DNA of 64,000 nt from Candidatus Latescibacterota bacterium (GTDB taxonomy: Bacteria > Latescibacterota > UBA2968 > UBA8231): assembly GCA_963422735.1 (NCBI GenBank), contig OY730476.1, positions 4,032,001 through 4,096,000 of the forward strand, given 5' to 3'. The first letter of the stretch is position 1. Each line of letters begins with the position of its first letter. The notes below the pieces were generated by a model, which was not told the origin of the DNA, ran no database searches, and was given only the letters and a program-made list of their open reading frames with translations. Below are positions 27,355-37,851 of the stretch, one piece after another. Both the position numbers and the translations under genes were made by a program.

Positions 27355-27652
27355 AGATTCATCTCCTGAGAATAAGTTAAGACTTTATTTTATATGTCGG
27401 CTGTGTGTATTAGCAAACGAAGCTTGGACCTAGACTAGCGATGGCGAAAATTGATTAACTTGTGTCAAATATATGGAGAATATAGAATGAGCAAGCCAAC
27501 CCGCTTCACGGTACAACGGGGTCTCACTAAAAAATAGAACATTACTTCTTAATGATCCATCTGCTCGTACTGTAGTATATACTTAACTGCCACAGTTCCT
27601 ACTTTGGTCCTAAAACAATAAATCGGGCTTATGAGTTTCGCGCTCGTTCCCG

Positions 27653-28624
27653 TTACAGGAACTTCTTTAGGTAAGCAACCGACTGCTCAAACTGCTTCAG
27701 CTCATAAGCAACCCGCACATCGGCACTCTCTCCGCGCTCGTGCGGCGTCTGCCAATCGTCTGGATCGCCAGCGGCCTGATGCAGGGTGCGGATGGCATGT
27801 ATCGCTTCCGGGAGCGGTCTTTGGGGAAAGGTCGCCCACCAGTCCTCTTCCAAAAGGCGAATGTGGCGGGCGACACTCGCGCCGAGTTCAATGCAGCCTT
27901 GGACTTGCGGCACCTCGCGGTCGAAGAGCGCAATTATCTCCGGCCAATCGACGACCCCGTCGCCGATGGCGCAGCGCTTGAGGCGGTAGCCCAAGGGCGT
28001 GGGGTGGACCGCGTAGTCCTTGATGTGGACGTGTTTGAGGATCGGCAAGATGCGCTCGGCAAAGGCTAGGGGATGCTCGCCGACGGCAAAGGCGTTGCCT
28101 ACGTCCATGGTGACGCCTAGCTGGGAACTGCCGACTTTTTCGCACAGCGACAGCAATTCCCAAGAACACAGATCTTGATGGTTTTCGATGCCCACCGGAA
28201 TGCCGTATTCCTCGGCGAGTGGCATGGCTTTTTTGAAGGACTGTACCAAGGCTTCAATGTAATCCCGCATCCCCTCGTCACCGTACTCGGTGCGATCGCC
28301 TTCGACGAGGCGGCTGACGGTGGTGCGCACACCGCGGGCACCGGTTTGGTGCGCCGTCTCAATAGCTTGGCGCAGCGGCGCAATGTCTTCGGCGTAGTTG
28401 TCACCGCCTGTGTCTAAGAACAGATCTAGATCGGCGCGAGTCTCGGCAAAAACCGCCCGCTCCTCGGGCGAGCAGTCGCCCAGCCATTGGGCCGCGAATT
28501 CGACGCTGTGGAGGCCCTTATCCTTGGCCAAGTGCGTCAGGCCCTCGGGAGTGTGGGGGTCAATGGTGCGGCTAGCTTCGCGGTGAGCGCCGGTGAAGCT
28601 CCAAGCGCAGAGGCCAATTTTCAT
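27653..28624 (-). CDS. Sugar phosphate isomerase/epimerase family TIM-barrel protein
   Basis: IENHQD, DVGN, HIKD; ATGA overlap with hisS. Confidence 0.85.
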   Translation of the reverse strand: MKIGLCAWSFTGAHREASRTIDPHTPEGLTHLAKDKGLHSVEFAAQWLGDCSPEERAVFAETRADLDLFLDTGGDNYAEDIAPLRQAIETAHQTGARGVRTTVSRLVEGDRTEYGDEGMRDYIEALVQSFKKAMPLAEEYGIPVGIENHQDLCSWELLSLCEKVGSSQLGVTMDVGNAFAVGEHPLAFAERILPILKHVHIKDYAVHPTPLGYRLKRCAIGDGVVDWPEIIALFDREVPQVQGCIELGASVARHIRLLEEDWWATFPQRPLPEAIHAIRTLHQAAGDPDDWQTPHERGESADVRVAYELKQFEQSVAYLKKFL

Positions 28625-29898
28625 GCGCGTTGCGTTTCGGTCAACTGGTCGAGAGGGACGTTTACCTCGGCACCGGTGGCGAGGGTTTTGATTCGCACCT
28701 GACCGTCGGCCCATTCGTCGGGGGCTAGCAGTACCAGCCGAGCGGCACCGAGCTGGTCGGCGCGGCGAAAGGCCCAGCGAACTTTTTTGTCTTCGAGGAT
28801 CAAGTCAACCGAGCGGCCGGCCCGACGCAGTCGGACTGCCACATCCATGGCGGCCGGGCGCAGGTCGGCGTTGAAGGCAAAGACTAGATCGTCCACGGCT
28901 TTGGGGACAGCGGGTAGTAGCCCTTTGTCCCTGAGCGATTCGACGATGACCGCGTCGCCGCAGCCAAAACCGCAGGCCGGTGCGTCTTTGCCGCCAAAGG
29001 TCGAAAGCAGATGGTCGTAGCGGCCCCCACCGCAGATGGCGCGCAGCGAGCCGCCGCGGTCAAAAGCCTCAAAGACGATACCTGTATAATAGGCCAGCCC
29101 CCGCACTAGACTCGCCTCAAAAGAGAGCCAATCGGCATAGCCGTAGTCGGCGGCCAAGTCGAAGAGATGGCGCAGTTCGGCAATACCGGGATGGTCGGTC
29201 CCGATTGCGGCGGCTATCTGGCCGAGTTCGTCCAAGGAGAGGGCCTCGACAATGCGGTCAATCATGCCGCGCTCTAGGCCCAAGGCCGCCATGTCGCCCT
29301 CAATGGCCGCGCGCGGCACTTTTTCCAACTTGTCGATCAGGACGCACACCGGGGCGAACCGGTCGTCGGGTACGCCTAGGCTGTCGAGCAGCCCTTGGAG
29401 AATTTTGCGATTGGATACTTTAATGCCGACGTCCGTGGGACCGAGGCCGAGGCCCCGGAAAAAGGTGGTGAGGGCGGCGAGCAACTCGGCTTCCGCGGTC
29501 ACTGCAGAAACGCCGACAATATCCATATTCCATTGATAGTGTTCGCGCCTGCGACCGCGGGTCATGCGCTCATAGCGCCAACACTGGGGAATGCTGAACC
29601 ACTTGAGGGGCAGGGGCAAGGATCCCCCCTTTTGTAGCACCAGCCGGGCCAGCGACGGGGTCATTTCTGGGCGCAGGGCTAGGCGCCGGCCCCCTTTGTC
29701 GGCAAAGTTGTAGAGCTGGTCGGAGATCTCCTCGCCGGCCTTGCGCGTGTAGAGCACCTCGGATTCCACGACCGGAGCGTCGTATTCTTCAAAGGCGAAG
29801 AGAGCGGCCACAGCGCGAAAATGGCCCAGCAACCAGTTCTGCTGGCGCATATCCTCGGGGAAAAAATCGCGGGTGCCGCGGGGGGGAGATAGGTCCAT
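28621..29898 (-). CDS. hisS: Histidine--tRNA ligase
   Basis: RGTRDF, LRPEMT, RYER..GRRREH, RGLAYYTG, GGGRYD. Confidence 0.97.
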   Translation of the reverse strand: MDLSPPRGTRDFFPEDMRQQNWLLGHFRAVAALFAFEEYDAPVVESEVLYTRKAGEEISDQLYNFADKGGRRLALRPEMTPSLARLVLQKGGSLPLPLKWFSIPQCWRYERMTRGRRREHYQWNMDIVGVSAVTAEAELLAALTTFFRGLGLGPTDVGIKVSNRKILQGLLDSLGVPDDRFAPVCVLIDKLEKVPRAAIEGDMAALGLERGMIDRIVEALSLDELGQIAAAIGTDHPGIAELRHLFDLAADYGYADWLSFEASLVRGLAYYTGIVFEAFDRGGSLRAICGGGRYDHLLSTFGGKDAPACGFGCGDAVIVESLRDKGLLPAVPKAVDDLVFAFNADLRPAAMDVAVRLRRAGRSVDLILEDKKVRWAFRRADQLGAARLVLLAPDEWADGQVRIKTLATGAEVNVPLDQLTETQRA

Positions 29899-29948
29899 AG
29901 CAGGGGTTTCCTAAGGAAATTTTGTCGGGGTACTGGCCGCCAGCGCTG

Positions 29949-31082
29949 CTACCAGTTGGTGAACGAGCCGTCTTCGCGGCGCAGGATCGGGCCGCCGAGC
30001 CACTTGAATTCACAGTGCTCGGCGGCTTCTTCGTTGAATTCTATTCCCAAACCGGGGCGTTCTGGCGGCAAGAGGCAACCCGCCTCGTAGGGCAGTTGCA
30101 CCGGAAAGAGATCTTCCATCGCGGAATGGCCCACGAGGCCGCCCTCCTGCACGGCGAAATTGTCGCAGGCGATGTCGAGGTGGGCGCAGGCTGCGGCTGA
30201 GACCGGACCGAGGGGATTGTGTGGGACGATCTTGATGTAGTGGGTTTCGCACCAATTGGCCACTTTGCGCGCCTCGGTCAGCCCGCCGACGATACACAAA
30301 TCAATCCGCGCATAGTCCATCAGTTCCTCTTCGATCATCTGCCGGAACTCCCACTTGGTCGCGTAGTGCTCGCCGACGGCCAGCGGACAGCTAACGTGGC
30401 GACGCACCTGGCGATAGGTCTGGGGGTTTTCGCAGCGCAGCGGATCCTCGATGAAGAAGGGGTCGTATTCCTCAAGCTGGCGGCCGAGGCGGATGGTGTC
30501 GGGCGGGTCGAGGCGAGTGTGGACATCAATGCAGATTTCGATTTCCGGCCCGACGGCCTCGCGTGCGGCGGCAAAGTGGGCGATTGAGTCGCGGACGGCG
30601 GTGCGCGGTTCGAGGATCCCGTCGCGGTCAAAGACCGACATCCGCAGGTACTTCCAGCCCTCGGCGACCCGTTCCTGCGCCGCGCGGGCGGTGTCTGCGG
30701 GCGTCTGGCCGCCGATGCCGGTATAGCAGAAGACGCGCTCGCGCATCTTGCCGCCCAAGAGCATGTACACGGGTTGCCCGAGGGCCTTGCCCTTGATGTC
30801 CCACAGCGCGATGTCGATGGCCGACATGGCGGCCGCGTTGATCCGACCACCGGGGAAGAAATCGACGCGGAACAGCAGTTGCCAGATGTATTCGGTATTG
30901 AGCGGATCTAGGCCGATGATGTGGCGCTTCATGTGTTCGATGGCACCAATGCCGGCCTGCTCCTTCCAGGTAATGCCGAATTCGCCGACGCCGTACAGAC
31001 CAGCGTCGGTCTCGACTTTGACGAAGAGGTAGTTGCGCGACCCGTAACAGATGGGAAAGGTTTTGACATCGGTGATTTTCAT
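29949..31082 (-). CDS. Mandelate racemase family acid-sugar dehydratase (galactonate dehydratase-like)
   Basis: SAIDIALWDIKGK, DVH, EDP, GE, PHNP, PGLGIE. Confidence 0.88.
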   Translation of the reverse strand: MKITDVKTFPICYGSRNYLFVKVETDAGLYGVGEFGITWKEQAGIGAIEHMKRHIIGLDPLNTEYIWQLLFRVDFFPGGRINAAAMSAIDIALWDIKGKALGQPVYMLLGGKMRERVFCYTGIGGQTPADTARAAQERVAEGWKYLRMSVFDRDGILEPRTAVRDSIAHFAAAREAVGPEIEICIDVHTRLDPPDTIRLGRQLEEYDPFFIEDPLRCENPQTYRQVRRHVSCPLAVGEHYATKWEFRQMIEEELMDYARIDLCIVGGLTEARKVANWCETHYIKIVPHNPLGPVSAAACAHLDIACDNFAVQEGGLVGHSAMEDLFPVQLPYEAGCLLPPERPGLGIEFNEEAAEHCEFKWLGGPILRREDGSFTNW

Positions 31083-31121
31083 GTTCGGCTCCTTTGGTGG
31101 CTCCATAATATCAGGCCGCGA

Positions 31122-31970
31122 CTAGCCCAAAGCAAAGACGGCCTCTCCGACGACAATGGCCCCAAGCCCCAAGAACATGCCGACTTTGAGCAAGCGGCCG
31201 AGGCGGTCGTCCGTCAGCACAGCGCGTTGGCGATACAATTGCCAGAGAACGCAGCCGATCAAGGCGTAGACCGGCATCAGAGCGAGCGCGTAGAGCACGC
31301 CGTAGAGGCCCATGAAAAACGGCATCCAAGTAAACCCTACCAACAGCAAGTACACGAGAGCCACCAACGCCGCAGCTTGGGCACGTCCCCAAGAGAGGGG
31401 CAAAGTGCGCTCACCGCGGATCTGATCCCCGGCGATGTCCTCGATGTCCTTGACGATTTCTCGCCCCAAGTGAAAGAGGAAAGCAAAGAGCGCCGGAATC
31501 CACGAGCGTCCTATATCGCCGGCGGCCAAAGCACCATAGGGAAAGGCGATGGCCCCGACAAAGGCGACGAGTACATTGCCCCACAGCCGGCTATTTTTTA
31601 AGGAGACGCTATAAATGGCGAGTAAGACGGCAACGACTAGGGCGATCAGCCCATGCCAAGCGCTGAGCCAGAACGCGAGCGTACAGCCGGCCAGGGCGAG
31701 GAGCAAACTTTGCCTTTGGGCCGCGTTCGGGCTGAGGCGGCCCGAAGGCAGGGGGCGCAGCGGGCGGTTGATGCGGTCAATATCTATGTCCATCAAGTCG
31801 TTGAAGGCATTACCAGCACCGTTGATTGACGCGGCAGAAAGGGCGGCGATCAGAATGGCGGGCCAAGCGGGAGCTTGATCTACGGTCAAAGCGCCAATGC
31901 CGACCGAGAGGGCGGTAATCAGGCCGTTGAGTGGCCGAGGCAGGAGAAAAAACGCGCTGAGCTGTGACAC
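31122..31970 (-). CDS. UbiA-family prenyltransferase, DGGGP synthase-like
   Basis: NDLMDIDIDRINRPLRPLPSG and REIVKDIEDIAGD Asp-rich motifs; YSVSLK; GNVLVA. Confidence 0.85.
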   Translation of the reverse strand: MSQLSAFFLLPRPLNGLITALSVGIGALTVDQAPAWPAILIAALSAASINGAGNAFNDLMDIDIDRINRPLRPLPSGRLSPNAAQRQSLLLALAGCTLAFWLSAWHGLIALVVAVLLAIYSVSLKNSRLWGNVLVAFVGAIAFPYGALAAGDIGRSWIPALFAFLFHLGREIVKDIEDIAGDQIRGERTLPLSWGRAQAAALVALVYLLLVGFTWMPFFMGLYGVLYALALMPVYALIGCVLWQLYRQRAVLTDDRLGRLLKVGMFLGLGAIVVGEAVFALG

Positions 31971-32074
31971 GGGGTTTCTGTTTGTAGGCGAGCAAAAGTC
32001 CCTATATAAAAGCAAATCAAGAGAGCCGCCGCCAAGAGATTTTTGGCGGCTAAAGTGCGCGGGCAAATTTGTTC

Positions 32075-32103
32075 TTGACAGGGCCTGACGCGCAAAGTAG
32101 GTT
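32075..32103 (+). promoter_or_regulatory. Putative sigma70 promoter
   Basis: TTGACA-17 nt-TAGGTT upstream of the M28 peptidase. Confidence 0.5.
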
Positions 32104-32138
32104 CGCTAACATTTTGTTTCTCAACAAGTAAGCTAGCC

Positions 32139-34202
32139 ATGAACTTAGTTAAAGGGGCGTTGTGCGCCTCTCTTTTTTTTATCAGTTCCGCCTTGGCTAA
32201 TCAGCCCTTGGTCGGTCTGTCTTGGAAAACGCCAGCCGAGCTAACCGCGATCGCCGCGCTGAGCGAGCAGGTGCGCTACGTGGCGCGAAGCGTGGCTTTT
32301 GTCGAGGCTAGCGAAGGCGCGATTGAGGAGTTCGCAAAGCGAGGGTTTGCCATCCTCTGTCTCGATAGGCCGCGAGCGGGCGATCGCTACTTTGTTGCCG
32401 ATCACCTCCATCTTCCCCTGCCCCAAGGCGTTGGGTTGGTCTTTGCTGGGGGAGGCGAATGGGTGCTCTTGCGCGTGGAGCAGAACGCCCGCTTGCACGA
32501 AGCTCCCCATTTCCTTTGGCCGCTGCCCAATAACTACAGCCTAGACGGGTGGTTAGGTGTGCCGAAGCGAGTGCCCAAGGCCATGCAAACAGCCTCGCCG
32601 GCTGTGGCCGCCCTTATCGAGGGAGTCGCAGCCGCGCGCTTGCAAGCCCACGTCGAAGCCCTCGCTCTGAAAGACCCGGCGCTGGGCAGCGTCCCGGGCA
32701 ACATACGCAGCCGCTTTTCCGTGCATCCAGAAATGCTTGAGTCAACCGAATACATCCGCTCGCAATTGGCCGCGTCCCTCGGCGACGAGGCGGTCGAGCT
32801 GCATTCTTTTCCCATTGACTCGCGGCGCGTCATCTCCCACACCTCGCGTCGAGGCAACCCAGTGCAAGCACCAAGCGACACCACCGCGTACAACGTCATC
32901 GCCACACTGTCGGGCACTGACCCGGAGGCCGGGTACTACATCGTCTGCGCCCACTACGACGCCACGGGTACGCGCTCGGCCGGGGGTTGGGACTGGCAAC
33001 GCGATCCCGCGCCTGGGGCCGACGACAATGCCACTGGCGTGGCCTTGGTTCTAGAGAGCGCGAGGCTGCTGGCCGGGCAGCACTTTCCTTGGTCCATCCT
33101 ATTTATCGCTTGGTCGGGCGAGGAACTGGGGCTATTGGGCAGCGCGGCGTACGTCGCTTTAGCTGCGGACCGCGAAGACCCGATCCTCGGCGTCCTCAAC
33201 TTTGACATGATCGGCTTCAACGACTTGCAACAGCGGCTGGAGCTGGTGGCGAATCCAAGCTCGCGCTGGCTGGGCGATCAGATGGTGTCCGTGGCCGAAC
33301 GCTACGAGATTGACCTCAACGTCGATCTGCTCGAAGACGGGGGGGCGCGTCTCAGCGACCACGCGCCGTTCTGGTCGCGGGGTTACGACGCCATCCTCGG
33401 CATTGAAAACTACCTGCCTACGGACTCGACGACGTACGGGGTCCGCGAGGGCCGCTACCGCATCAACTCGCAATACCATTCGGTCGTTGACTTGCCCGAC
33501 AGCATCAATTGGGAGCTGGTGCGCCGAACTACCCAGCTAGCCGTGGCGACGTTGGCCGAGTACGGATTGGGAGCTGGTGCGCCGAACTTGGCGGTCTTCA
33601 CCGGCGACCTGCGCGGCGATCGCGCGGACGATCTCCGCGTCCGCGTCAGCAACATCGGGCTGGGTGCAGTCGCCAGCAGCTTCTCGGTGCAAGTTTCGCA
33701 ATGTGCGCTGGACTCCAGCGGGTGCGAGGTCATCCACCGCGCACCCGCTCCAGAGGGGTTGGCTCCGGGCGCGAGCGCGGAATTGCTGATTCCCTATCAG
33801 CGATTTGGCGAGATGGTCTTTTTGGTCGAGGTCGATGCAGAAGGGCAAATTGACGAGGTCAGCGAGGCGGACAACCGCGTTTTCCAGCGCCTGCGTCTAG
33901 TGCCGCAATCAAAGATCGCGGTCTTTCCCAATCCCTTCCGCACCGGCAACGGCAGCGCACTCCGCTTCAGCGGTGTGCCCCTCAAATCCGCGGTGCGGGT
34001 CTTTGGGCCGGCGGGTGAACTGGTATGGGAAGCGATTGAGGACGACGACGCGCAACGGCGTTTGGGGGCCGTGGCCAACGAGGTGCTGTGGTACGGAGTC
34101 AACCACACCAACACACCGGTCGGCAACGGCGTCTATATCTACGCGATCCACTCCCCCGAAGGCACCCTGCTGATGAGGGACAAAATCGCAGTCGTGCGCT
34201 GA
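32139..34202 (+). CDS. Secreted M28 aminopeptidase with CARDB and FlgD/T9SS-like C-terminal domain
   Basis: Signal peptide; AHYD, GADDNATG, GEELGLLGS, NFDM, SDH, YH; EVSEADN (CARDB); FPNPF...W.G.N....GNGVYIY. Confidence 0.88.
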   Translation: MNLVKGALCASLFFISSALANQPLVGLSWKTPAELTAIAALSEQVRYVARSVAFVEASEGAIEEFAKRGFAILCLDRPRAGDRYFVADHLHLPLPQGVGLVFAGGGEWVLLRVEQNARLHEAPHFLWPLPNNYSLDGWLGVPKRVPKAMQTASPAVAALIEGVAAARLQAHVEALALKDPALGSVPGNIRSRFSVHPEMLESTEYIRSQLAASLGDEAVELHSFPIDSRRVISHTSRRGNPVQAPSDTTAYNVIATLSGTDPEAGYYIVCAHYDATGTRSAGGWDWQRDPAPGADDNATGVALVLESARLLAGQHFPWSILFIAWSGEELGLLGSAAYVALAADREDPILGVLNFDMIGFNDLQQRLELVANPSSRWLGDQMVSVAERYEIDLNVDLLEDGGARLSDHAPFWSRGYDAILGIENYLPTDSTTYGVREGRYRINSQYHSVVDLPDSINWELVRRTTQLAVATLAEYGLGAGAPNLAVFTGDLRGDRADDLRVRVSNIGLGAVASSFSVQVSQCALDSSGCEVIHRAPAPEGLAPGASAELLIPYQRFGEMVFLVEVDAEGQIDEVSEADNRVFQRLRLVPQSKIAVFPNPFRTGNGSALRFSGVPLKSAVRVFGPAGELVWEAIEDDDAQRRLGAVANEVLWYGVNHTNTPVGNGVYIYAIHSPEGTLLMRDKIAVVR

Positions 34203-34220
34203 CGCAAAAGAAGGCTTGCC

Positions 34221-34740
34221 ATGGGAACCATCAACAATCTTGTGACAGCCGCTCGTCTCATGGAGCAGCAAGGCGATGGCTACCGCTGTGAACTGATTCG
34301 CGGGGAGGTAGTAAGGATGAGCCCGACAGGAAGCAAACACGGCGTCATTGCCCATCGCATAGGGCGTTGGGCTGGAGTTTACCGCGGAAATCGGATTCAA
34401 ACTGGCGACCAATCCCGACACAGTGCGCGCGGCCGATGTCGCCCTCGTGCTAAATGAGCGCCTCCCCGCTACGGGCGTACCCGACGGCTTCTGGGAAGAT
34501 GCTCCAGACTTGGCGGTGGAAGTGCTCTCCCCCAATGACAGCGCGGGCGACGTGTTGGATAAGGTGCGCGATCATCCCGCTGCCGGCGCGGATCAAATGT
34601 GGATCGCAGACCCCAAGAACAGCGCGATTTCCGCGTACAGGTCGTTGCAGGATGTGCAGGTGCTGACAAAGCAGGAGACGTTAGAAGGGATGGGAGCCGT
34701 AGCGGGCTTCACGTGCGAGATCGGAGAGTTTTTCGCCTAG
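34221..34740 (+). pseudogene. Uma2 family endonuclease, frameshifted
   Basis: CELIRGEVVRMSP...H in one frame; APDLAVEVLSP, WIADP in another; shift near 34370. Confidence 0.8.
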
Positions 34741-34760
34741 CTAATGAAGAGGAACTTGTA

Positions 34761-35396
34761 ATGTGCGCAATTTTGTGGGATAACGATGGCGTGCTGGTAG
34801 ATACCGAGGGGCTGTACTTTCAGGCGGGGCGGGAGATCTTGGCAACACAGGGAATGGAGTTGACGCAGAAGGATTTTGTTGAACAGTCGTTGCAAAAGGG
34901 GCAAAGTGTATTTGATCTATTGCCCAATCGAGATGCTGAATTAATAGATCGGTTGCGCTTGCAGCGCAACGCGCGCTACAGTGCGTTGTTGCGGGAACGT
35001 GTGCGGGTTTTGGATGGGGTGGTGGAGACGCTCAGGACATTACACGGGCGCGTGTTCATGGGGGTGGTGACCGGGTCGCGGAAAGATCACTTTGATATCA
35101 TTCACGCCCAGACGAATTTGCTCCAGTTTTTCGAGTTTGTGGTCACGCGGGAAGATTACAAAGAAGCAAAGCCACATCCCGATGCGTATTTGACGGCCAT
35201 GCGACTGCATGGGCTAACGCCCGAGGCATGTGTCGTCGTGGAGGATTCTGAGCGGGGATGCGCTGCGGCAGCAAAGGCTGGGTTGCGCGTACTGGTCGTG
35301 CCGAATGCGTTGTCGCAAGACGGAGATTTTTCACCCGCGTACAAAGTACTAGGATCAGTGCGAGAGGTGGTGGACGAAGTGGAGAGATTGTGCTGA
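34761..35396 (+). CDS. HAD family phosphatase
   Basis: WDNDGVLVD, KPHPD, VEDS. Confidence 0.9.
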   Translation: MCAILWDNDGVLVDTEGLYFQAGREILATQGMELTQKDFVEQSLQKGQSVFDLLPNRDAELIDRLRLQRNARYSALLRERVRVLDGVVETLRTLHGRVFMGVVTGSRKDHFDIIHAQTNLLQFFEFVVTREDYKEAKPHPDAYLTAMRLHGLTPEACVVVEDSERGCAAAAKAGLRVLVVPNALSQDGDFSPAYKVLGSVREVVDEVERLC

Positions 35397-35430
35397 CGGT
35401 TTTTGGGCCCAACCATGAGATCTTCCCAGC

Positions 35431-36126
35431 TCAGTTCCCCAACGGACAATCCGCACACCGCTCCCCCGTCCCACAAAATTCCAATTCACACCTCAGCAGC
35501 GCGTCCACGTGCCGCTTCGAGTCGGCTGGATAGCGCAGCGTCCCTTCCAAGCAGAAGCCGCTGACCAAAGAGCGCAGCAGGGCAAAGCGCGTCTCGCGAT
35601 CCGCGACTTTTGTTCGCACCCGCTGGCGCACCTCGGCCAAGCAGTCGAGGTACGAAGTGAATTCCTGGTCGAAAATTTCTTCGAGATCTTGCCGCAAGCG
35701 ACTGGATAATGCAGGACTGGCGTTGGAGGTAGAGATGCTCAGCCGCAAATGGCCCGGATGCACCAAGGCGACCATACCAAAGTTGGAATAGGCCGGGTTG
35801 TCGTAGGAGTTGATCAGGACCTTGTGCGCCAAAGCAAGTTCGAACACCCGCGTCGTTAGCGCACCGTCGCGCACGGTGTTCAGCACCAAGAAGACGCCAT
35901 CGAGATCGCGCTCGGCAAAGCGGCGCGGGTAGTGAGTGAGGCGGCCGGCTGCGGCCCATTCGACGAGCGCGGGCGTCGCGCTTGGGCTTACCACCGTCAA
36001 CCGCGCACCGGCGGCTAGCAAGCGACCGGACTTGTCTTCGGCCTCGCGCCCGCCGCCGATGACCAAGCAGGGCTGCTCCATCACGTCGAGCCCCACCTGG
36101 AAATAGGGATTGAGCAAATCGATCAC
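35431..36126 (-). CDS. Precorrin-2 dehydrogenase/sirohydrochlorin ferrochelatase (SirC/Met8/CysG-B type)
   Basis: LVIGGG, INSYDNP, SISTSNASPAL; Cys-rich tail CELEFC...CADC. Confidence 0.85.
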   Translation of the reverse strand: MIDLLNPYFQVGLDVMEQPCLVIGGGREAEDKSGRLLAAGARLTVVSPSATPALVEWAAAGRLTHYPRRFAERDLDGVFLVLNTVRDGALTTRVFELALAHKVLINSYDNPAYSNFGMVALVHPGHLRLSISTSNASPALSSRLRQDLEEIFDQEFTSYLDCLAEVRQRVRTKVADRETRFALLRSLVSGFCLEGTLRYPADSKRHVDALLRCELEFCGTGERCADCPLGN

Positions 36127-36563
36127 GCGCCCGAATCGCCGCTTAGGGCCGCGTAGCCTTTGTCGTCGCTAGTGCCGAATTCCACCGGAAAGCCGAGGTC
36201 CAGCCAGCCGCGCTCGGTGCGCGATCCACCAAAACCGGCGGTGACATTGGCCACATCCGTAAAGCCCGCGGCGACAAGAGCTTCACAAGCGCGCATTGAG
36301 CGAGCACCCGACTGGCAGCCGACGAGCAATTTGGCGGACGTGGCAAAATGGGCTTGGACGACCTGAATGAAATCGGGATTGGGAACCATGCCCACGGCGT
36401 GGCGTTGCATGATTGGGATGTTGAACGCGCCGGCCGGATGGCCGCTCTCGTATTCGGGGATGGAGCGGACGTCGATATAGATCGCGCCCGCGTCGCCTGC
36501 GAGCCGTTCCTTCGCTTCGGTGGGACTGACGTTTTGATAGCTCACGATGTCTCCGTTTGACAA
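36123..36563 (-). CDS. Rhodanese-like domain protein
   Basis: IDVRSIPEY..GHP, CQSGARS. Confidence 0.9.
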   Translation of the reverse strand: MSNGDIVSYQNVSPTEAKERLAGDAGAIYIDVRSIPEYESGHPAGAFNIPIMQRHAVGMVPNPDFIQVVQAHFATSAKLLVGCQSGARSMRACEALVAAGFTDVANVTAGFGGSRTERGWLDLGFPVEFGTSDDKGYAALSGDSGA

Positions 36564-36596
36564 TGTTCACTTTGCAGAGTTGGATTACTACATAAG

Positions 36597-36716
36597 GTAA
36601 TGCACTACTTTCGCCCTCTACAAGCCCACAGACCCCGGAAAATCAGCAAGACTTGTAAAGCACGACGTTGAGTAATGCACTACTTTCCTACCATTTGCCC
36701 TCTACAAGCCCACAGA
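36597..36716 (+). repeat. Imperfect direct duplication in the divergent promoter region
   Basis: GTAATGCACTACTTTC + GCCCTCTACAAGCCCACAGA at 36597-36632 and 36672-36716 (second copy has a 9-nt insert). Confidence 0.85.
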
Positions 36717-36734
36717 TTCCGGAGGAAGACGATT

Positions 36735-37847
36735 TTGAACGCATGGCACAGTGCAGGCGTACTATTGTTGGCAGCAGCTTTGGGGGCTTGCGGCGCACAA
36801 GAGGGGCAGCAAGGCGAGGAAGATCACTCGGACCCAGCAGCTCAAGCCGACAGCACGGCCGCCGATAGCCTATCCAAGCCCATAGAAGCGGTGCCCGTCG
36901 AAGTCGCCCTCGCACACACGGGAGAGATTTCCGCGCACCTGCTCTTCAACTCGACAATCGAAACCGAGGCGGCCGTCGAGATTTACCCCCAAATCAGCGG
37001 CCTCGTCAAACACCTCAGAGTTGAGGAGGGCGACCGCGTCGAAGTGGGTGATACCCTCCTCCACATCGAGGACAAGCAGTTGCGCATCGCCGCTGAGGAA
37101 GCCCGCGCCAACTACCACTATCAGCAGACCGGCTTCAAGCGCACCGAGGCCATGTTTGAGCGCAACCTCATCAGCGACCAAGAGTTCGAGACCACCAAAT
37201 ACAACTTTGAACAATCCCGCCTCCGGCTAGAGCGAGCTCGCCTAAACCTAGAATACGCAGAAATCATCGCGCCGTTTTCCGGCGTGATCACCGAGCGTTA
37301 CGTGCAAGTCGGCGCCCGGGTGGGACCGAGTAGCAAGCTCTACGACCTAATCAAGCTCGACGATCTGATCGCCCGCGTCTTTGCGCCCGGCCAGTACCTC
37401 ACCACCATCGGCAGCGGCCAGCAGGCCCTTATCACCTCGGAGTTTTTGCCCGACAAGCAGTTCCACGGCTGGGTCAAGCGCATCAGCCCCGTAGTCGATC
37501 CCAAAAGCGGCACCTTCAAGGTCACGGTGGGCTTGCGCGACCGCTGGAAGTTCTTGCGGCCCGGCCTCTTCGTCAACGTGCGCATCGTCACCGCCACGCA
37601 CACCGACGCCGTGTTAATACCCAAACAGGCGATCGTGTACGACGGCAGCGACCGGTTCGTGTTCGCCGTCAAGGACACCGCGGCCGCGCGGATCAAGTTG
37701 CAGCCTGGGTTCGAGGAGACCGACTTTATCGAGTCACTCGCCGGCATTGACTCCGGAACCCCGATCATCGTCGTCGGCCAGAACGGCCTCAAGGACAGTA
37801 CGCGGGTGCGCGTGGTCAACTCAGCCGACGACGCGGGCCAAGGCTAG
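36735..37847 (+). CDS. RND efflux periplasmic adaptor (MFP), lipoprotein
   Basis: GGAGG SD + TTG; LGAC lipobox; VEEGDRV, IIAPFSGVI, ISPVVD, LRPG.F. Confidence 0.9.
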   Translation: MNAWHSAGVLLLAAALGACGAQEGQQGEEDHSDPAAQADSTAADSLSKPIEAVPVEVALAHTGEISAHLLFNSTIETEAAVEIYPQISGLVKHLRVEEGDRVEVGDTLLHIEDKQLRIAAEEARANYHYQQTGFKRTEAMFERNLISDQEFETTKYNFEQSRLRLERARLNLEYAEIIAPFSGVITERYVQVGARVGPSSKLYDLIKLDDLIARVFAPGQYLTTIGSGQQALITSEFLPDKQFHGWVKRISPVVDPKSGTFKVTVGLRDRWKFLRPGLFVNVRIVTATHTDAVLIPKQAIVYDGSDRFVFAVKDTAAARIKLQPGFEETDFIESLAGIDSGTPIIVVGQNGLKDSTRVRVVNSADDAGQG

Positions 37848-37851
37848 GCCC

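Noticed and set aside
27360-27650. AT-rich gap upstream of the MTase as a controller (C) protein gene or mobile-element end
   Set aside because: No convincing ORF, HTH or inverted repeat seen
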